A stretch of DNA of 64,000 bases from an uncultured Chlamydiae bacterium (GCA_963713615.1 CAVQMM010000001.1:2496001-2560000); one strand, 5' to 3'; positions 25,040-35,391 are shown, counted from the first letter of the stretch. Notes: generated from the letters alone by a model not told the origin. Translations and numbers: made by a program.

Positions 25040-27943
25040 ATGTCAGACGAAGCGCAGTACAAACAAAACATAGAACGCTGGGCTATCTTTCAACCACAGC
25101 CAGCTCGCGAATTGGATAAGCCCTATCAGAGAGTATTTCCTTATACAAATGCCAATGGGACGGCAAACCTCCAGACAGTCATCAATGGGGAAACGCAGTA
25201 CTTTCATTCTTTGGATAGTCCAGAGGAGGAAGCTAAAGCCTGGTTTTCGCAACTCAACCTCAGTGATATTCAAGCATTGTTCGTGTTTGGAGTTGGGCTA
25301 GGATACTACTATGATGCCGCCAAAGAATGGCTTGCCTTGGGACCAGATCAGTACCTTATCTTCGTCGAAACGGATCTAGAAGTTCTTCAGCATTTATTTC
25401 GAACGGATCGAGGTACCGAAATGCTTGCCAATCGGCAAGTCTGGATAGCTTTCAGTGACGAGCAGGGTAGCATCATGGAAGCGTTGGCAGCCTTCTTTCT
25501 CCTCAAGCATGATATCTGCTCAGCTCTAAAATTATACGAACAGACCTATCCCTCTGAATTGCATAGGATGAAGTCTCGCCTGGCTTTTCATCTACAGCGA
25601 AAAAAAGGAATAGCGTCTGAGTATCGCATCGGTGGTAAGATATTTTTCAGTAACTTCTTTAGAAACTTACTGCTCTTACCCACCTCCTACCCCGCTAGTA
25701 GTCTATTTGACAAGTTTACAGGCATACCGGCCATAATTTGTGGTGCTGGGCCGTCGCTAGCAAAAAACTTGGAAGTTCTTAAAACTCTACGTGATCGCGC
25801 CCTAATATTTGCTGGGGGCACGGCAATGAACGCTCTCAATACGATCGGCTTGTTGCCACACTTCGGCGTTGGAATTGATCCCAATACAGCACAATATACA
25901 CGTCTCATCATGAATATCGCCTACGAGTTGCCATTTTTCTATCGCAATCGCATGAATTATACAGCCTTAAATCTTGTGCAAGGCGAGCGCCTCTTTAGTA
26001 CAGGTAGTGGTGGACACGAAACAGCTCATTGGTTTGAAGAAAAACTGGGTATCGCAGGCAAGGAGCTGAACGAAGGCTATAATGTCATTGGATTTAGCTT
26101 GGCAATCGCTGAGGCGTTGGGATGCTACCCCATCATCCTTGTTGGCCTTGACCTCGCCTATAGCAATGACCTGCCTTACTGTCCAGGTATTGTCAACCAT
26201 CCCTTGCATCAAAGAAAGGACTTTTTTCGCACCAAGACCATTGAAGACGAGTTAGTTTCACATACAGACATCAATGGCAAGCCCGTCTCCACACTTTGGA
26301 AATGGATTGCTGAGGCTACTTGGTTTTCACAGTTCTCCAAACGGCATCGCGAAGCTGTTATCATTAATTCAACCGAGGGGGGGTTGGGCTTCGATGGCGT
26401 TCCCAATAAGCCTCTTCAAGATGTCTTCGATAGTATTTTAAAGAAGCAGTACGATTTTGGCGCCATGATACACGGCGAAATTCACAATTCCCCAATGCCT
26501 CCATATGTTACCTACGAGGCTATCGTCGAGCTAATGGAAGAGCTTACGAATAGTCTTATTCGCTGTATCGGTTTTTGCAATAGTGTCGTTAACGATATCC
26601 AGGCAACTCTGGATGGTTTAGATGCAGGTCAGTTGCCTGAGAAGTACCTTTTAACTCCACAAGGTCAACAGGCCTTAGAGGACCTAGAGACCGAAGATGG
26701 CTATAAGCATGTTTTAAAAGACTTTTTAACAATGCAGGTTGAGATACAGTCTCGCGAACTCAAACGTATAGAGATGGATAAAGGGATTCTCACTGAAATC
26801 GAAATAGCCCTAAGACGGGGCGTGCTTACCAAGGCGCGCTACAGCGCTTTAGTGGGCGTCTCAGAAGACAATATCCGCCTGATTCAAACAGTTCTAGCAG
26901 AACATGCCCTTTTGCTAATCTCAATGGATACCACACATCATAGTCCCGCAAAACCCTCCCAATGCCCGACGGAACACTCCTTACCCGACTCAATTCTCGA
27001 GGAAGACTACTATCCCAATGGCCACGTCAAGATGCGAAAGTATCGAAAGGAGGGCAAGCTTAACGGCTCCTCAACTTTCTTTTCGCCGGAGGGCAGAATT
27101 CTGGTCTCTAATTTCTTTTTGGATGGACTACAACAAGGCAAGACCTTCACGTACTATCTAGATGGATCTTTAGCCAGCGAACAAAGCTTTCAGGATGGTC
27201 AGTGGCATGACCAACAGAAATATTACTATAATAATGGTGTTCTAAAGACGCTCTTGCACTACGACAAGGGATTGTTAAACGGAGAGGTCGCGCTATTTTA
27301 TCCCAATGGAAGCACCAAACGCACCCTAAACTTTGTGCAAGGCAAACGCAAGGGCCTTGATCGCATCTGGAACGAGGAAGGAGTACTGATAATCGAAGCG
27401 GAGTTCGACAACGACAAAGCCTTTGGTGTCGCAAAACAATGGTACAAATACGGCATGCTCGCCAAACAGATAACCTTCGATAAGGACTCACCGAGCGTTT
27501 GGATACAACAATGGACCCCTGACGGACGTACATTGGATTCAGAGGGAATCGAAGAAAGTGACTACTTTAATGAAATAGCTAAAGGTACAGGTCGATTGAC
27601 GACCGACTTGGAGAAACTATTACATGAGGTCTCCCTACCCGCCACTCATCTTCCAGAGGAGATCACCAGGTTAAACCAAGAACTCGAACATTTAAAAGAG
27701 TTGCAACGACAGCTGATGTCGCAAAGTGGGCTAGACCCATCCAACCAAGAAGAATCGCTTTGGAAAAGCCGCTCACATCAGAAAGAAGCGCAAAGGCAGG
27801 TCATGCATATGACATCACGCCTTCAAGAGCAAATGCGGGTCTTGTCGCATACGTTGACACGAACATTGGAAAAACTGTCGAAACGTAACAGAGACGCTGA
27901 GAAAGAGAAAGAAGATACTCAGAATGAATCTAAAGAAATTTAG
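25040..27943 (+). CDS. Maf/DUF115 (MptE-like) domain fused to MORN-variant repeats and a helical tail
   Basis: GVGLGY, AIICGAGPSLAKN, ILVGLDLAY and INSTEGG motifs; YYPNG/YYLDG/YYNNG repeats. Confidence 0.8.
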   Translation: MSDEAQYKQNIERWAIFQPQPARELDKPYQRVFPYTNANGTANLQTVINGETQYFHSLDSPEEEAKAWFSQLNLSDIQALFVFGVGLGYYYDAAKEWLALGPDQYLIFVETDLEVLQHLFRTDRGTEMLANRQVWIAFSDEQGSIMEALAAFFLLKHDICSALKLYEQTYPSELHRMKSRLAFHLQRKKGIASEYRIGGKIFFSNFFRNLLLLPTSYPASSLFDKFTGIPAIICGAGPSLAKNLEVLKTLRDRALIFAGGTAMNALNTIGLLPHFGVGIDPNTAQYTRLIMNIAYELPFFYRNRMNYTALNLVQGERLFSTGSGGHETAHWFEEKLGIAGKELNEGYNVIGFSLAIAEALGCYPIILVGLDLAYSNDLPYCPGIVNHPLHQRKDFFRTKTIEDELVSHTDINGKPVSTLWKWIAEATWFSQFSKRHREAVIINSTEGGLGFDGVPNKPLQDVFDSILKKQYDFGAMIHGEIHNSPMPPYVTYEAIVELMEELTNSLIRCIGFCNSVVNDIQATLDGLDAGQLPEKYLLTPQGQQALEDLETEDGYKHVLKDFLTMQVEIQSRELKRIEMDKGILTEIEIALRRGVLTKARYSALVGVSEDNIRLIQTVLAEHALLLISMDTTHHSPAKPSQCPTEHSLPDSILEEDYYPNGHVKMRKYRKEGKLNGSSTFFSPEGRILVSNFFLDGLQQGKTFTYYLDGSLASEQSFQDGQWHDQQKYYYNNGVLKTLLHYDKGLLNGEVALFYPNGSTKRTLNFVQGKRKGLDRIWNEEGVLIIEAEFDNDKAFGVAKQWYKYGMLAKQITFDKDSPSVWIQQWTPDGRTLDSEGIEESDYFNEIAKGTGRLTTDLEKLLHEVSLPATHLPEEITRLNQELEHLKELQRQLMSQSGLDPSNQEESLWKSRSHQKEAQRQVMHMTSRLQEQMRVLSHTLTRTLEKLSKRNRDAEKEKEDTQNESKEI

Positions 27944-28698
27944 GCCGCTTTTGGTATAGACGTCAGTTGCTCTATGTCACTATCAAACAGATGCCATTCG
28001 ACAATTTGCATCTGGTCTACCGCATCATTCGAAAAGCGATAAGTAGAACTGTGGTTCTCATAACTTTCCTGCTCTCCGATAGCCCCTGCCAGAGAGATGA
28101 AACGTTCCTTCATCTTCATATAGAGGTATACCGTTAGACTCTCAATATTTCGAAAGGCAGCATCAAATTCCGCTTGCTCGTCACCACTAAAAATCAAAAA
28201 AGACCAACGCAGTCTTAAAAAAACGTAATTGATGAGGAGCCTGGTTGTTCTCCCATGGTCATCAATAAAAGGATCCAATTGGTGATAGGCATAGATTTTA
28301 CTACAGATATTTTTTAAATTTGACACGCTAAAATAGTGATAATTATCAGAATCGATGATTGCCTGAATTTTTTTTAATATTTCATTCAATCTTAATGGCA
28401 AAGCAGAGCGTTGTCCGAGTTCCTGTTGTTCTTCTGCGGTTGCCTTACGAAATCCTTGACTTTGTCTTCTCTTTCCCTTTAATAGATAGTACCAATCTTG
28501 TAACCGGTTTAAATTGATTTCAGATTGTTCGTTTGCCGATCCAAGCATCTCAATAAAGGCAAGAAAATGTCCTTGTTTTTTTGCAGATTTCCCTTTTTTG
28601 ACGATTTCATAAATCACAGCAGGTGCATTTGCCAACGCATCGCTTCCATTCAAAAATTTAAGTACAATTTCTTCACCTATTTTAATATACATATCCAA
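27940..28698 (-). CDS. Fic-like protein with degenerate motif (pseudo-Fic)
   Basis: LDPFIDDHGRTTRLLINY versus canonical HPFxDGNGRxxR. Confidence 0.72.
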   Translation of the reverse strand: MDMYIKIGEEIVLKFLNGSDALANAPAVIYEIVKKGKSAKKQGHFLAFIEMLGSANEQSEINLNRLQDWYYLLKGKRRQSQGFRKATAEEQQELGQRSALPLRLNEILKKIQAIIDSDNYHYFSVSNLKNICSKIYAYHQLDPFIDDHGRTTRLLINYVFLRLRWSFLIFSGDEQAEFDAAFRNIESLTVYLYMKMKERFISLAGAIGEQESYENHSSTYRFSNDAVDQMQIVEWHLFDSDIEQLTSIPKAA

Positions 28699-28707
28699 TC
28701 ACCATTT

Positions 28708-29892
28708 TTAGGATGGGGGCATTAGACCTAGTAATCTATAGGAGTTTTCAACGCCTTCCATGATGTGAATAACTAGGTCGTTGGGATTACTCCCCCTTCT
28801 ATCGTTTAGGCTTGGAGAGAGTCCTCCAAAAACAGCTGGTTGAACATGACTCGCATGGGTACATGGCAGAAGCCCCCCTTTCACCAAGGCATAGTCCATG
28901 ACTAATCTCGCTGTCCGGCCATTGCCATCACAAAATGGATGTATGCTCACAGCCCACGAATAGGCTTTTGCAGCTATTTCAACCGTTGCACCCCTATCTC
29001 CCTGATTTTCATTGGTAGCTGCGTCTAACCAAGTCAGTAATTCCGTTAATTCCGCTGTGACATGGCTACCCGACAGGTATTCCATTCCCGGACCTGCACT
29101 GACATTGATGCCCTGCCCACGCAGTTCCCCTGGCCTTTTTTTGGGTTCAGAGACCATAACCTGATGCATTTCCTTTAAGAGATCAATTGTAAGAGGAAGA
29201 CCTGCCTTAACACTTCCCACCAACATGACATCAGCCTTTTTGAAATGCTGGCCCTCTACCCTTCCCTTGAGTCCTCCTTGCTTTACGCTTGTCGATAGAC
29301 CGCTTCTTTGCGTCAAGAAATCAATAAATTCATCACTGTAACGATTGATAGAAGTATAATCGGCAGGAGGTAATTTTTCTGCTCTGTCACAAACATCCTT
29401 TCTCACAGCCTCGGTCGGAGCTCGTTGGATTAAATTTTGAAAATTGGCTAACCTCTCCTCATCTCGAACCACCATTAAAGCCATGGTCTCGACGTGTTCC
29501 TGCAGCTCATCTGCATCGCCCGTATCAATGTATTTTTGAGCGTGCAGTACCAAAAGGCTAACAAATTTCTGCTCTAGGGGCGCATAACTATCGTGCAACT
29601 GACTCATGTCCCTTGTGAATTCAGTATTAAGATGTAAATAATTAACCAACGTATCAACTTTAACTAAAATCGTCTTCGTTCTCCCAGATGGTGTTTTCAC
29701 CTTTATCGGAACACTCTTTTTTAAGATGTTTCGTGCATCTTCTTCAGAATATGGGTCATCTTTCTTTGTTAGGGAGATAAATAGGCTTTTTACTAGGCCT
29801 TGTTTTTTCTCCATTTTGGGAGGAGATTGTTGATACAGCTTTGAAATGTAATCTAAGTCAGACGAATGTGATTTATTAGCACCATCCAACAT
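28708..29892 (-). CDS. Fic-domain protein with intact catalytic motif
   Basis: PGELR and IHPFCDGNGRTARL motifs; about 220-aa N-terminal extension. Confidence 0.9.
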   Translation of the reverse strand: MLDGANKSHSSDLDYISKLYQQSPPKMEKKQGLVKSLFISLTKKDDPYSEEDARNILKKSVPIKVKTPSGRTKTILVKVDTLVNYLHLNTEFTRDMSQLHDSYAPLEQKFVSLLVLHAQKYIDTGDADELQEHVETMALMVVRDEERLANFQNLIQRAPTEAVRKDVCDRAEKLPPADYTSINRYSDEFIDFLTQRSGLSTSVKQGGLKGRVEGQHFKKADVMLVGSVKAGLPLTIDLLKEMHQVMVSEPKKRPGELRGQGINVSAGPGMEYLSGSHVTAELTELLTWLDAATNENQGDRGATVEIAAKAYSWAVSIHPFCDGNGRTARLVMDYALVKGGLLPCTHASHVQPAVFGGLSPSLNDRRGSNPNDLVIHIMEGVENSYRLLGLMPPS

Positions 29893-29995
29893 AAAACCTC
29901 AAACAATCAATAAAACAACATAATTTATTATACGCATTAAACTAATTATTTTAAAACGTATAATATTCAATTTGTTTAATATTTACTCATCGGAG

Positions 29996-30260
29996 TTTTC
30001 ACCGCCGAGGCGCCGAGACACCAATAGGAGAGAGAGGAAGAGGAAAGAATGTTCAGTTACTACCGACTCTGGACAAAATCCAGTCTAAGGGCTTTACCAA
30101 AACGCTAACCCCTCAAGAGGCCCTTGGGCAGAATTTTGCCCAAGGACACACAAACGGCACATTCTCTCCTAATCCTCTCTCTTCTATCTCGGCGTCTCGG
30201 CGGTAAAAATCCTAAAAAAGCCCCACGAACTTCCACACGCCTCGGCGGTGAACATTCCTA
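29996..30260. repeat. Composite palindromic element (CCGCCGAG family) with an inner TGT...ACA module at 30050-30161
   Basis: TTTTCACCGCCGAGGCGCCGAGA / TCTCGGCGTCTCGGCGGTAAAA arms; shares modules with 41316-41618. Confidence 0.75.
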
Positions 30261-30333
30261 ATTCTCTTAGTTTAACGCATGTGGGCTAGGACACGGACAC
30301 GTGGGGAAGGGGAGCAGAGTGGGGAGAATTATG

Positions 30334-31302
30334 TCACAAAATACAGTCATAATAGTGATCTGGAGATGGCCGCTGCCGAGGTGGTGGAAGGCTACAGACT
30401 GGCTGCGCGTAGGGACAGCGTGTTCTGAATGGACATCCACTTGGTGGATTAATTGGAGATGGGATTTCTCCCTTAAGAATAGCCCTCTGAGTCTTTTGCG
30501 CCGGATGATTTTTGGGAACGGCTGATAGCAAAGCCTGCGTGTATGGATGACGTGGATTGGCAAAAAGCTGATCTGCCGGAGCGCTCTCCATCACCTTGCC
30601 CAAATACATCACCACGACATGGTCGCAGATATGCCTAACAACGGATAGATCGTGCGCGATGAACAAGTAGCTCAGACCTAGCCTTCGTTGGAGATTCACC
30701 AAGAGATTTAAGATTTGCCCCTGCACCGATATATCTAGAGCAGATACAGCCTCATCACAAATAACCAGTTTGGGTTCCAAGGAGATAGCCCGACCTATAC
30801 AAATACGCTGTAGCTGTCCCCCCGAAAATTCATGTGGGTAGCGCACCATAGCGTCAGGAGATAACCCAACCTGATCAAGGATATAAGCTACCCGATCACG
30901 CAATTCCGTAGAGTTAGTGATCCCACCGTGATAAACCAACCCCTCGCCGATGCTTGTTCCTATGCTTTTACGAGGATTAAGCGATACCTGTGGATCCTGA
31001 AAAATCATCTGCATCTGCCGCCGAAGGGGCTTCAGCTGCTTAACTGGCATAGTACTGATATCCTGGCCCTCAAAAATGATCTGACCGGCGGTGGGTTCTA
31101 ACAGACGAATACATGTTCGAGCCACCGTGCTCTTGCCGCAACCGGATTCTCCGACCAATCCGACTATCTGACCAGAAGGCACCTCAAAGTTGATGTCATC
31201 GACCGCCTTAACCCATCCTACGGTGTGACGAATCACCCCTGATATAATAGGGAAGTGTTTTTTTAAACCTCGCACTTCCAGCAACGGCGTTTGGTCAACC
31301 AT
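30334..31302 (-). CDS. oppF: Oligo/dipeptide ABC transporter ATP-binding protein
   Basis: GESGCGKST, FSGGQLQR and DEAVSALD motifs; C-terminal Cys cluster. Confidence 0.9.
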   Translation of the reverse strand: MVDQTPLLEVRGLKKHFPIISGVIRHTVGWVKAVDDINFEVPSGQIVGLVGESGCGKSTVARTCIRLLEPTAGQIIFEGQDISTMPVKQLKPLRRQMQMIFQDPQVSLNPRKSIGTSIGEGLVYHGGITNSTELRDRVAYILDQVGLSPDAMVRYPHEFSGGQLQRICIGRAISLEPKLVICDEAVSALDISVQGQILNLLVNLQRRLGLSYLFIAHDLSVVRHICDHVVVMYLGKVMESAPADQLFANPRHPYTQALLSAVPKNHPAQKTQRAILKGEIPSPINPPSGCPFRTRCPYAQPVCSLPPPRQRPSPDHYYDCIL

Positions 31303-32308
31303 GGCTAGGCTCCTTGGCCATTGCAGGATCCAAGAGCCAGCAATTTGCCACATGATTTATGCCAGGGCCTGCAAAGGTTGGGACAGACCCATGACGGCAC
31401 ATATCCATGACATAGGGACAGCGGGGATGAAAGCGACACCCCTCGGGATAATGCTTAAGCTGCGGCACAGTGCCTTTAATAGGTTTTAGAGATCCTTTAG
31501 CCGTTTCTAGAGTAGGTCGCGAAGCAAACAATCCTTGAGTGTAGGGATGTGAACAAGCATCAAACAACGTCATTACGTCGGCACGTTCGATGGCCTGTGA
31601 AGCATACATGACAATGACTTCATCGGCCATTTCAGCTACCACACCCATATCATGGGTGATCAGTAACAGCGCCATCCCCCGTTCCCTCTGCAGGTTCCTA
31701 ATTAGATCCAGCACCTGAGCTTGAACGGTGACGTCGAGAGCCGTGGTGGGCTCATCAGCAATCAGAATATCTGGCTGACACATTAAGGCCATAGCTATCA
31801 TGACTCGCTGTCGCATTCCACCAGATAGCTGATGCGGGTAGTCGTTGACACGGTCTGCTGGCGAAGAAATACCTACGGAAGCAAGAGCCTCGATGGCTCT
31901 GGCTAGGGCATCATCACCAAAAAGGCCAAGGTGAAGTTCAGCGACTTCCATGAGTTGATAGCCAATGGTATAAACTGGGTTTAGTGCGCTAGTGGGATCC
32001 TGGAAGATCATCGCTATACGCATACCGCGAATGTGGCGCATGTGTCGTTCGGAAAGGCTTAGAAGGTTTTGGCCTCGATAAAGCACTTCGCCCTCCGAAG
32101 GTAAAGCTGGAGGATGAGGAAGGATACGCATGATCGAGAGAGCACTCATGGATTTGCCACAGCCCGATTCTCCAACAACGGCCAAGGTCTTACCAGCATA
32201 GAGATCAAAGGAAAGCCCATCGACAACTTTGTAAGTGGAGTCTCCGATCTGCAGACGTGTGGTCAGTCCGCGAACCTGTAGAATTGGCTGTGCATCCGAC
32301 TTATTCAT
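31295..32308 (-). CDS. oppD: Oligo/dipeptide ABC transporter ATP-binding protein
   Basis: GESGCGKS, LSGGMRQR and DEPTTALD motifs. Confidence 0.92.
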   Translation of the reverse strand: MNKSDAQPILQVRGLTTRLQIGDSTYKVVDGLSFDLYAGKTLAVVGESGCGKSMSALSIMRILPHPPALPSEGEVLYRGQNLLSLSERHMRHIRGMRIAMIFQDPTSALNPVYTIGYQLMEVAELHLGLFGDDALARAIEALASVGISSPADRVNDYPHQLSGGMRQRVMIAMALMCQPDILIADEPTTALDVTVQAQVLDLIRNLQRERGMALLLITHDMGVVAEMADEVIVMYASQAIERADVMTLFDACSHPYTQGLFASRPTLETAKGSLKPIKGTVPQLKHYPEGCRFHPRCPYVMDMCRHGSVPTFAGPGINHVANCWLLDPAMAKEPSHG

Positions 32309-32342
32309 AGGCTGCTCACCATAGGATTTTTAGCACAAAGAC

Positions 32343-33214
32343 GCAACCGTTCGTGTCGTTTTTAGGATTAAAGGGACGAAAAGGACATAAAGAGGTAATT
32401 GCAAAAGTCCGATTTTCCGAAGTCAATTTCCTGAAACTCGACGGCCGGCGAAGAGAGAGTCATTCCCTTCCCAGGCCCGAAGGGTCGATATTGCAACAGG
32501 CCATGGCATCGCCACATAGGCCTCAACCTAAGCCTAACAATCGTATCTCGGCGCGCAGCGCTTTGGAGTGCGGTCGCTTGCGACCGCTTTGGGTTCCTTG
32601 CGACGGTCGTGTGCAACGGCATCACTATAATTCCCTAAGGGTAAAATAGTTAGTACATGCAGCCTTCGACGAATCCATACAATGCCGTTTAGCATTGCCG
32701 TCGCAACGAAAAGTGGTCGCAAGCGACCGCTCTCCAAAGCGCTGCGCGCCGAGATACGATTGTGAAGTCCTAAGTCATTGAGATATAAGCTCAAAAGACC
32801 TGTTAGGTTGAGGCCTATGTGGCATCGCCATGGTATAAGCCAAAACGGTTTTAGCAGCCTGTAGGGCTGCCATAAAGCGCATGCATAAATGGTGTTTGTA
32901 AACTGGCGTCTTGCAGCAGTCCTTCAGACTGCGAAATCCCTTCCTGGCATATACCATGGCGATGCCATGGCCTGTTGCAATATCGACCCTTCGGGCCTGG
33001 GAAGGGAGAAAAGCCTGTCTTTCCAGACTGGATAGTGCCATACCACTTAAGCTCTCTAGAACTCTAGAATCGCCTTCTCACAAAAAAAGGTAACCTTTTT
33101 TCCCGAGAATCGATTCTCAAGGGCTCAAATAATTTTGCAATCACCTCCTTATGTCCTTTTCGTCCCTTTGGTCCCTTCGTCCATTTACTCCTGAAAGTTA
33201 AACGAACCGTTGCC
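32343..33214. mobile_element. Nested composite of four palindromic elements
   Basis: Outer arms GCAACCGTTCGT..GGACGAAAAGGACATAA / TTATGTCCTTTTCGTCC..ACGAACCGTTGC enclose family C copy 2 (32392-33147). That copy encloses a CAT-ended element (32515-32819), which encloses a REP-like doublet (32537-32763). Confidence 0.82.
32515..32819. mobile_element. 305-bp MITE with CAT...ATG ends (IS4-like) inserted in family C
   Basis: 17-bp TIR CATAGGCCTCAACCTAA / TTAGGTTGAGGCCTATG; duplication TGGCATCGCCA at 32504-32514 and 32820-32830; empty site present in the copy at 13451-13461. Confidence 0.85.
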
Positions 33215-33267
33215 ATAATGGGTGAGGTTGTCATACTCTTAGGCTTAGTAATGCATATGGTGTTGAC

Positions 33268-33942
33268 ATGTTGACGATCCTCAATCTCTTTGGACGCTCT
33301 CCCTTCACTCTTTTGAAAACTCACATGGAAAAGGTTTCTTTCTGTGTGCATCAAGTGGTGCTGCTATTTCAGGCACTGCAAGAGCAAGACTATGAAAGAG
33401 TGGAGAAGATCGCGCATCACATTTCCGAGGCCGAGCATCTTGCTGATATCACCAAAAATGATATTAGAGACCATTTGCCCAAAAGCTTGTTTATGCCTAT
33501 TGACCGAAATCAAATTCTGGAGATTCTGCGGATCCAGGATAAAATCGCCGATCAGGCAGAGGACATTGCTGTATTAGCGACGTTGAAACCCCTCGAGCTG
33601 CCCAGTTCATTAAAGGAACTTTTCGATGCTTTCCTTAAAAAGAATGTTGAAGCTTTTGAGGGCGTCCACAACATCATCAAGGAGCTTCATGAGCTCCTGG
33701 AATCTTCCTTTGGGGGCATCGAAGCCGACAAGGTCCGTGGCATGGTTAATGCTGTGGCCTATAAGGAGCATGAGGTTGATGTGCTGCAAAGAAAGCTCTT
33801 AAAAGGGCTATTTTCGCTGGAGGATGAGTTGCCATACAGCTCATTCCACCTATGGCTGCGACTTTTTGAGGCTACAGCGGCTCTCTCCAATCTTTCGGAG
33901 ACTCTCGCCAATCGCATGCGTATGACCCTAGAAATGAAATAA
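33268..33942 (+). CDS. DUF47/TIGR00153 putative phosphate transport regulator
   Basis: FGRSPF, EHLAD and LFMPIDR motifs; directly upstream of a PiT gene. Confidence 0.88.
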   Translation: MLTILNLFGRSPFTLLKTHMEKVSFCVHQVVLLFQALQEQDYERVEKIAHHISEAEHLADITKNDIRDHLPKSLFMPIDRNQILEILRIQDKIADQAEDIAVLATLKPLELPSSLKELFDAFLKKNVEAFEGVHNIIKELHELLESSFGGIEADKVRGMVNAVAYKEHEVDVLQRKLLKGLFSLEDELPYSSFHLWLRLFEATAALSNLSETLANRMRMTLEMK

Positions 33943-33972
33943 CTCACCGACATTGGAGAATAGAAGCAACAC

Positions 33973-35391
33973 ATGCCAAGCGAAGTGATCCTTCTTGCAG
34001 CCGTGCTGTTAGCCGGCTTGTACATGGCCTGGAATATTGGCGCCAACGATGTAGCTAATGCTATAGGTACTTCCGTGGGTTCGGGGGCTTTAACATTGCG
34101 TCAAGCAGTCGTCCTTGCAGCGATCATGGAGTTCGCCGGAGCATTCCTATTTGGTTCGCACGTCTCCGAGACCATTCAAACAGGTATCATTCAGGTTGAG
34201 GACTTCGCCCACAATCCCTACCTACTTGTCTATGGGATGCTGTCGGCACTGATTGCCGCGGGGGTTTGGCTGCAGATCGCCTCCTACTATGGCTGGCCGG
34301 TATCAACCACTCACTCTATCGTAGGTGCTATTGTCGGTTTTGGCCTTGTCGCCGGTGGTGTGGAGATGGTCCAATGGAACCATGTAGTGTCGATTGTCAG
34401 CAGTTGGGTCATCAGTCCTCTATTAGGCGGCTTACTCTCCTACACCATATTCACTTTTATACGCCGCAAGATCTTCTATGATCGCCATCCGCTAGAAGCT
34501 GCTAAAAGAATTACACCGTTCCTGGTGTTTTTCTCTATGTCTATCATGTCCATGTTGATTCTTTTTCATGGCCTAGAAGGCCGCGATATGGGCTTTTGGG
34601 AGGCTTTTGGACTTAGCTTGGCCATTGGAGCGGTCACCGGCGAGGCTAGTCGCTGGCTTACCAAGCGTATAAAATCGGCCACATCACATCACAAAACCTC
34701 TCCAGCCTATGGTCCTGAAGTCGCTTTGGAACTAGACAAGGCAAAAAAACATCTCACACGTGTTCAAGATACCTCAAGCGGTGAGTTGCAGTATTATGTA
34801 TCCTTGATGGTTGAAGAGGTTGAAAATATCTCCACAAGCCTAAAGCAAGATGCTCAGGTTGAGTCAGACAATTCGGAATACACAGCCATAGAGAAGATCT
34901 TTACCTATCTGCAAATGGTCACCGCTGCTTTGATGGCTTTTGCACATGGGGCTAACGATGTCGCTAATGCGATTGGCCCAGTGGCGGCGTCTTTGGCTAT
35001 CTTAGCTGAAGGAAATGTCGGTTTTGGAACCACCCTGCCTACTTGGCTGTTGTGCTTGGGCGGTCTTGGTATTGTTGCAGGCTTAGCCACATGGGGATGG
35101 CGTGTCATCGAAACAATTGGCAAAAAAATCACAGAGTTGACACCTACGCGAGGATTCTGCGCTGAACTAGCTGCTGCAACAACGGTAGTCGTGGCTTCTC
35201 GTCTGGGTATGCCCATTTCGACGACACATACTCTCGTAGGTGCTGTATTGGGAATTGCCTTAGCGCGTGGTATTGGCGCCCTGAACCTCGCAACCACCCG
35301 CGATATTGTCCTATCATGGCTCGTTACTGTCCCAGCCGGAGCTGCTATCGCCGCGTCAGTATTCGCTACTCTACGTTTCTTCTTCGCTTAA
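33973..35391 (+). CDS. pit: Inorganic phosphate transporter, PiT family
   Basis: Two GANDVANA signatures; PVSTTH and PISTTH. Confidence 0.93.
   Translation: MPSEVILLAAVLLAGLYMAWNIGANDVANAIGTSVGSGALTLRQAVVLAAIMEFAGAFLFGSHVSETIQTGIIQVEDFAHNPYLLVYGMLSALIAAGVWLQIASYYGWPVSTTHSIVGAIVGFGLVAGGVEMVQWNHVVSIVSSWVISPLLGGLLSYTIFTFIRRKIFYDRHPLEAAKRITPFLVFFSMSIMSMLILFHGLEGRDMGFWEAFGLSLAIGAVTGEASRWLTKRIKSATSHHKTSPAYGPEVALELDKAKKHLTRVQDTSSGELQYYVSLMVEEVENISTSLKQDAQVESDNSEYTAIEKIFTYLQMVTAALMAFAHGANDVANAIGPVAASLAILAEGNVGFGTTLPTWLLCLGGLGIVAGLATWGWRVIETIGKKITELTPTRGFCAELAAATTVVVASRLGMPISTTHTLVGAVLGIALARGIGALNLATTRDIVLSWLVTVPAGAAIAASVFATLRFFFA

Noticed and set aside
26990..27530. YwqK-like antitoxin for the neighbouring Fic genes
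   Set aside because: The repeats are generic MORN variants inside a larger protein on the opposite strand
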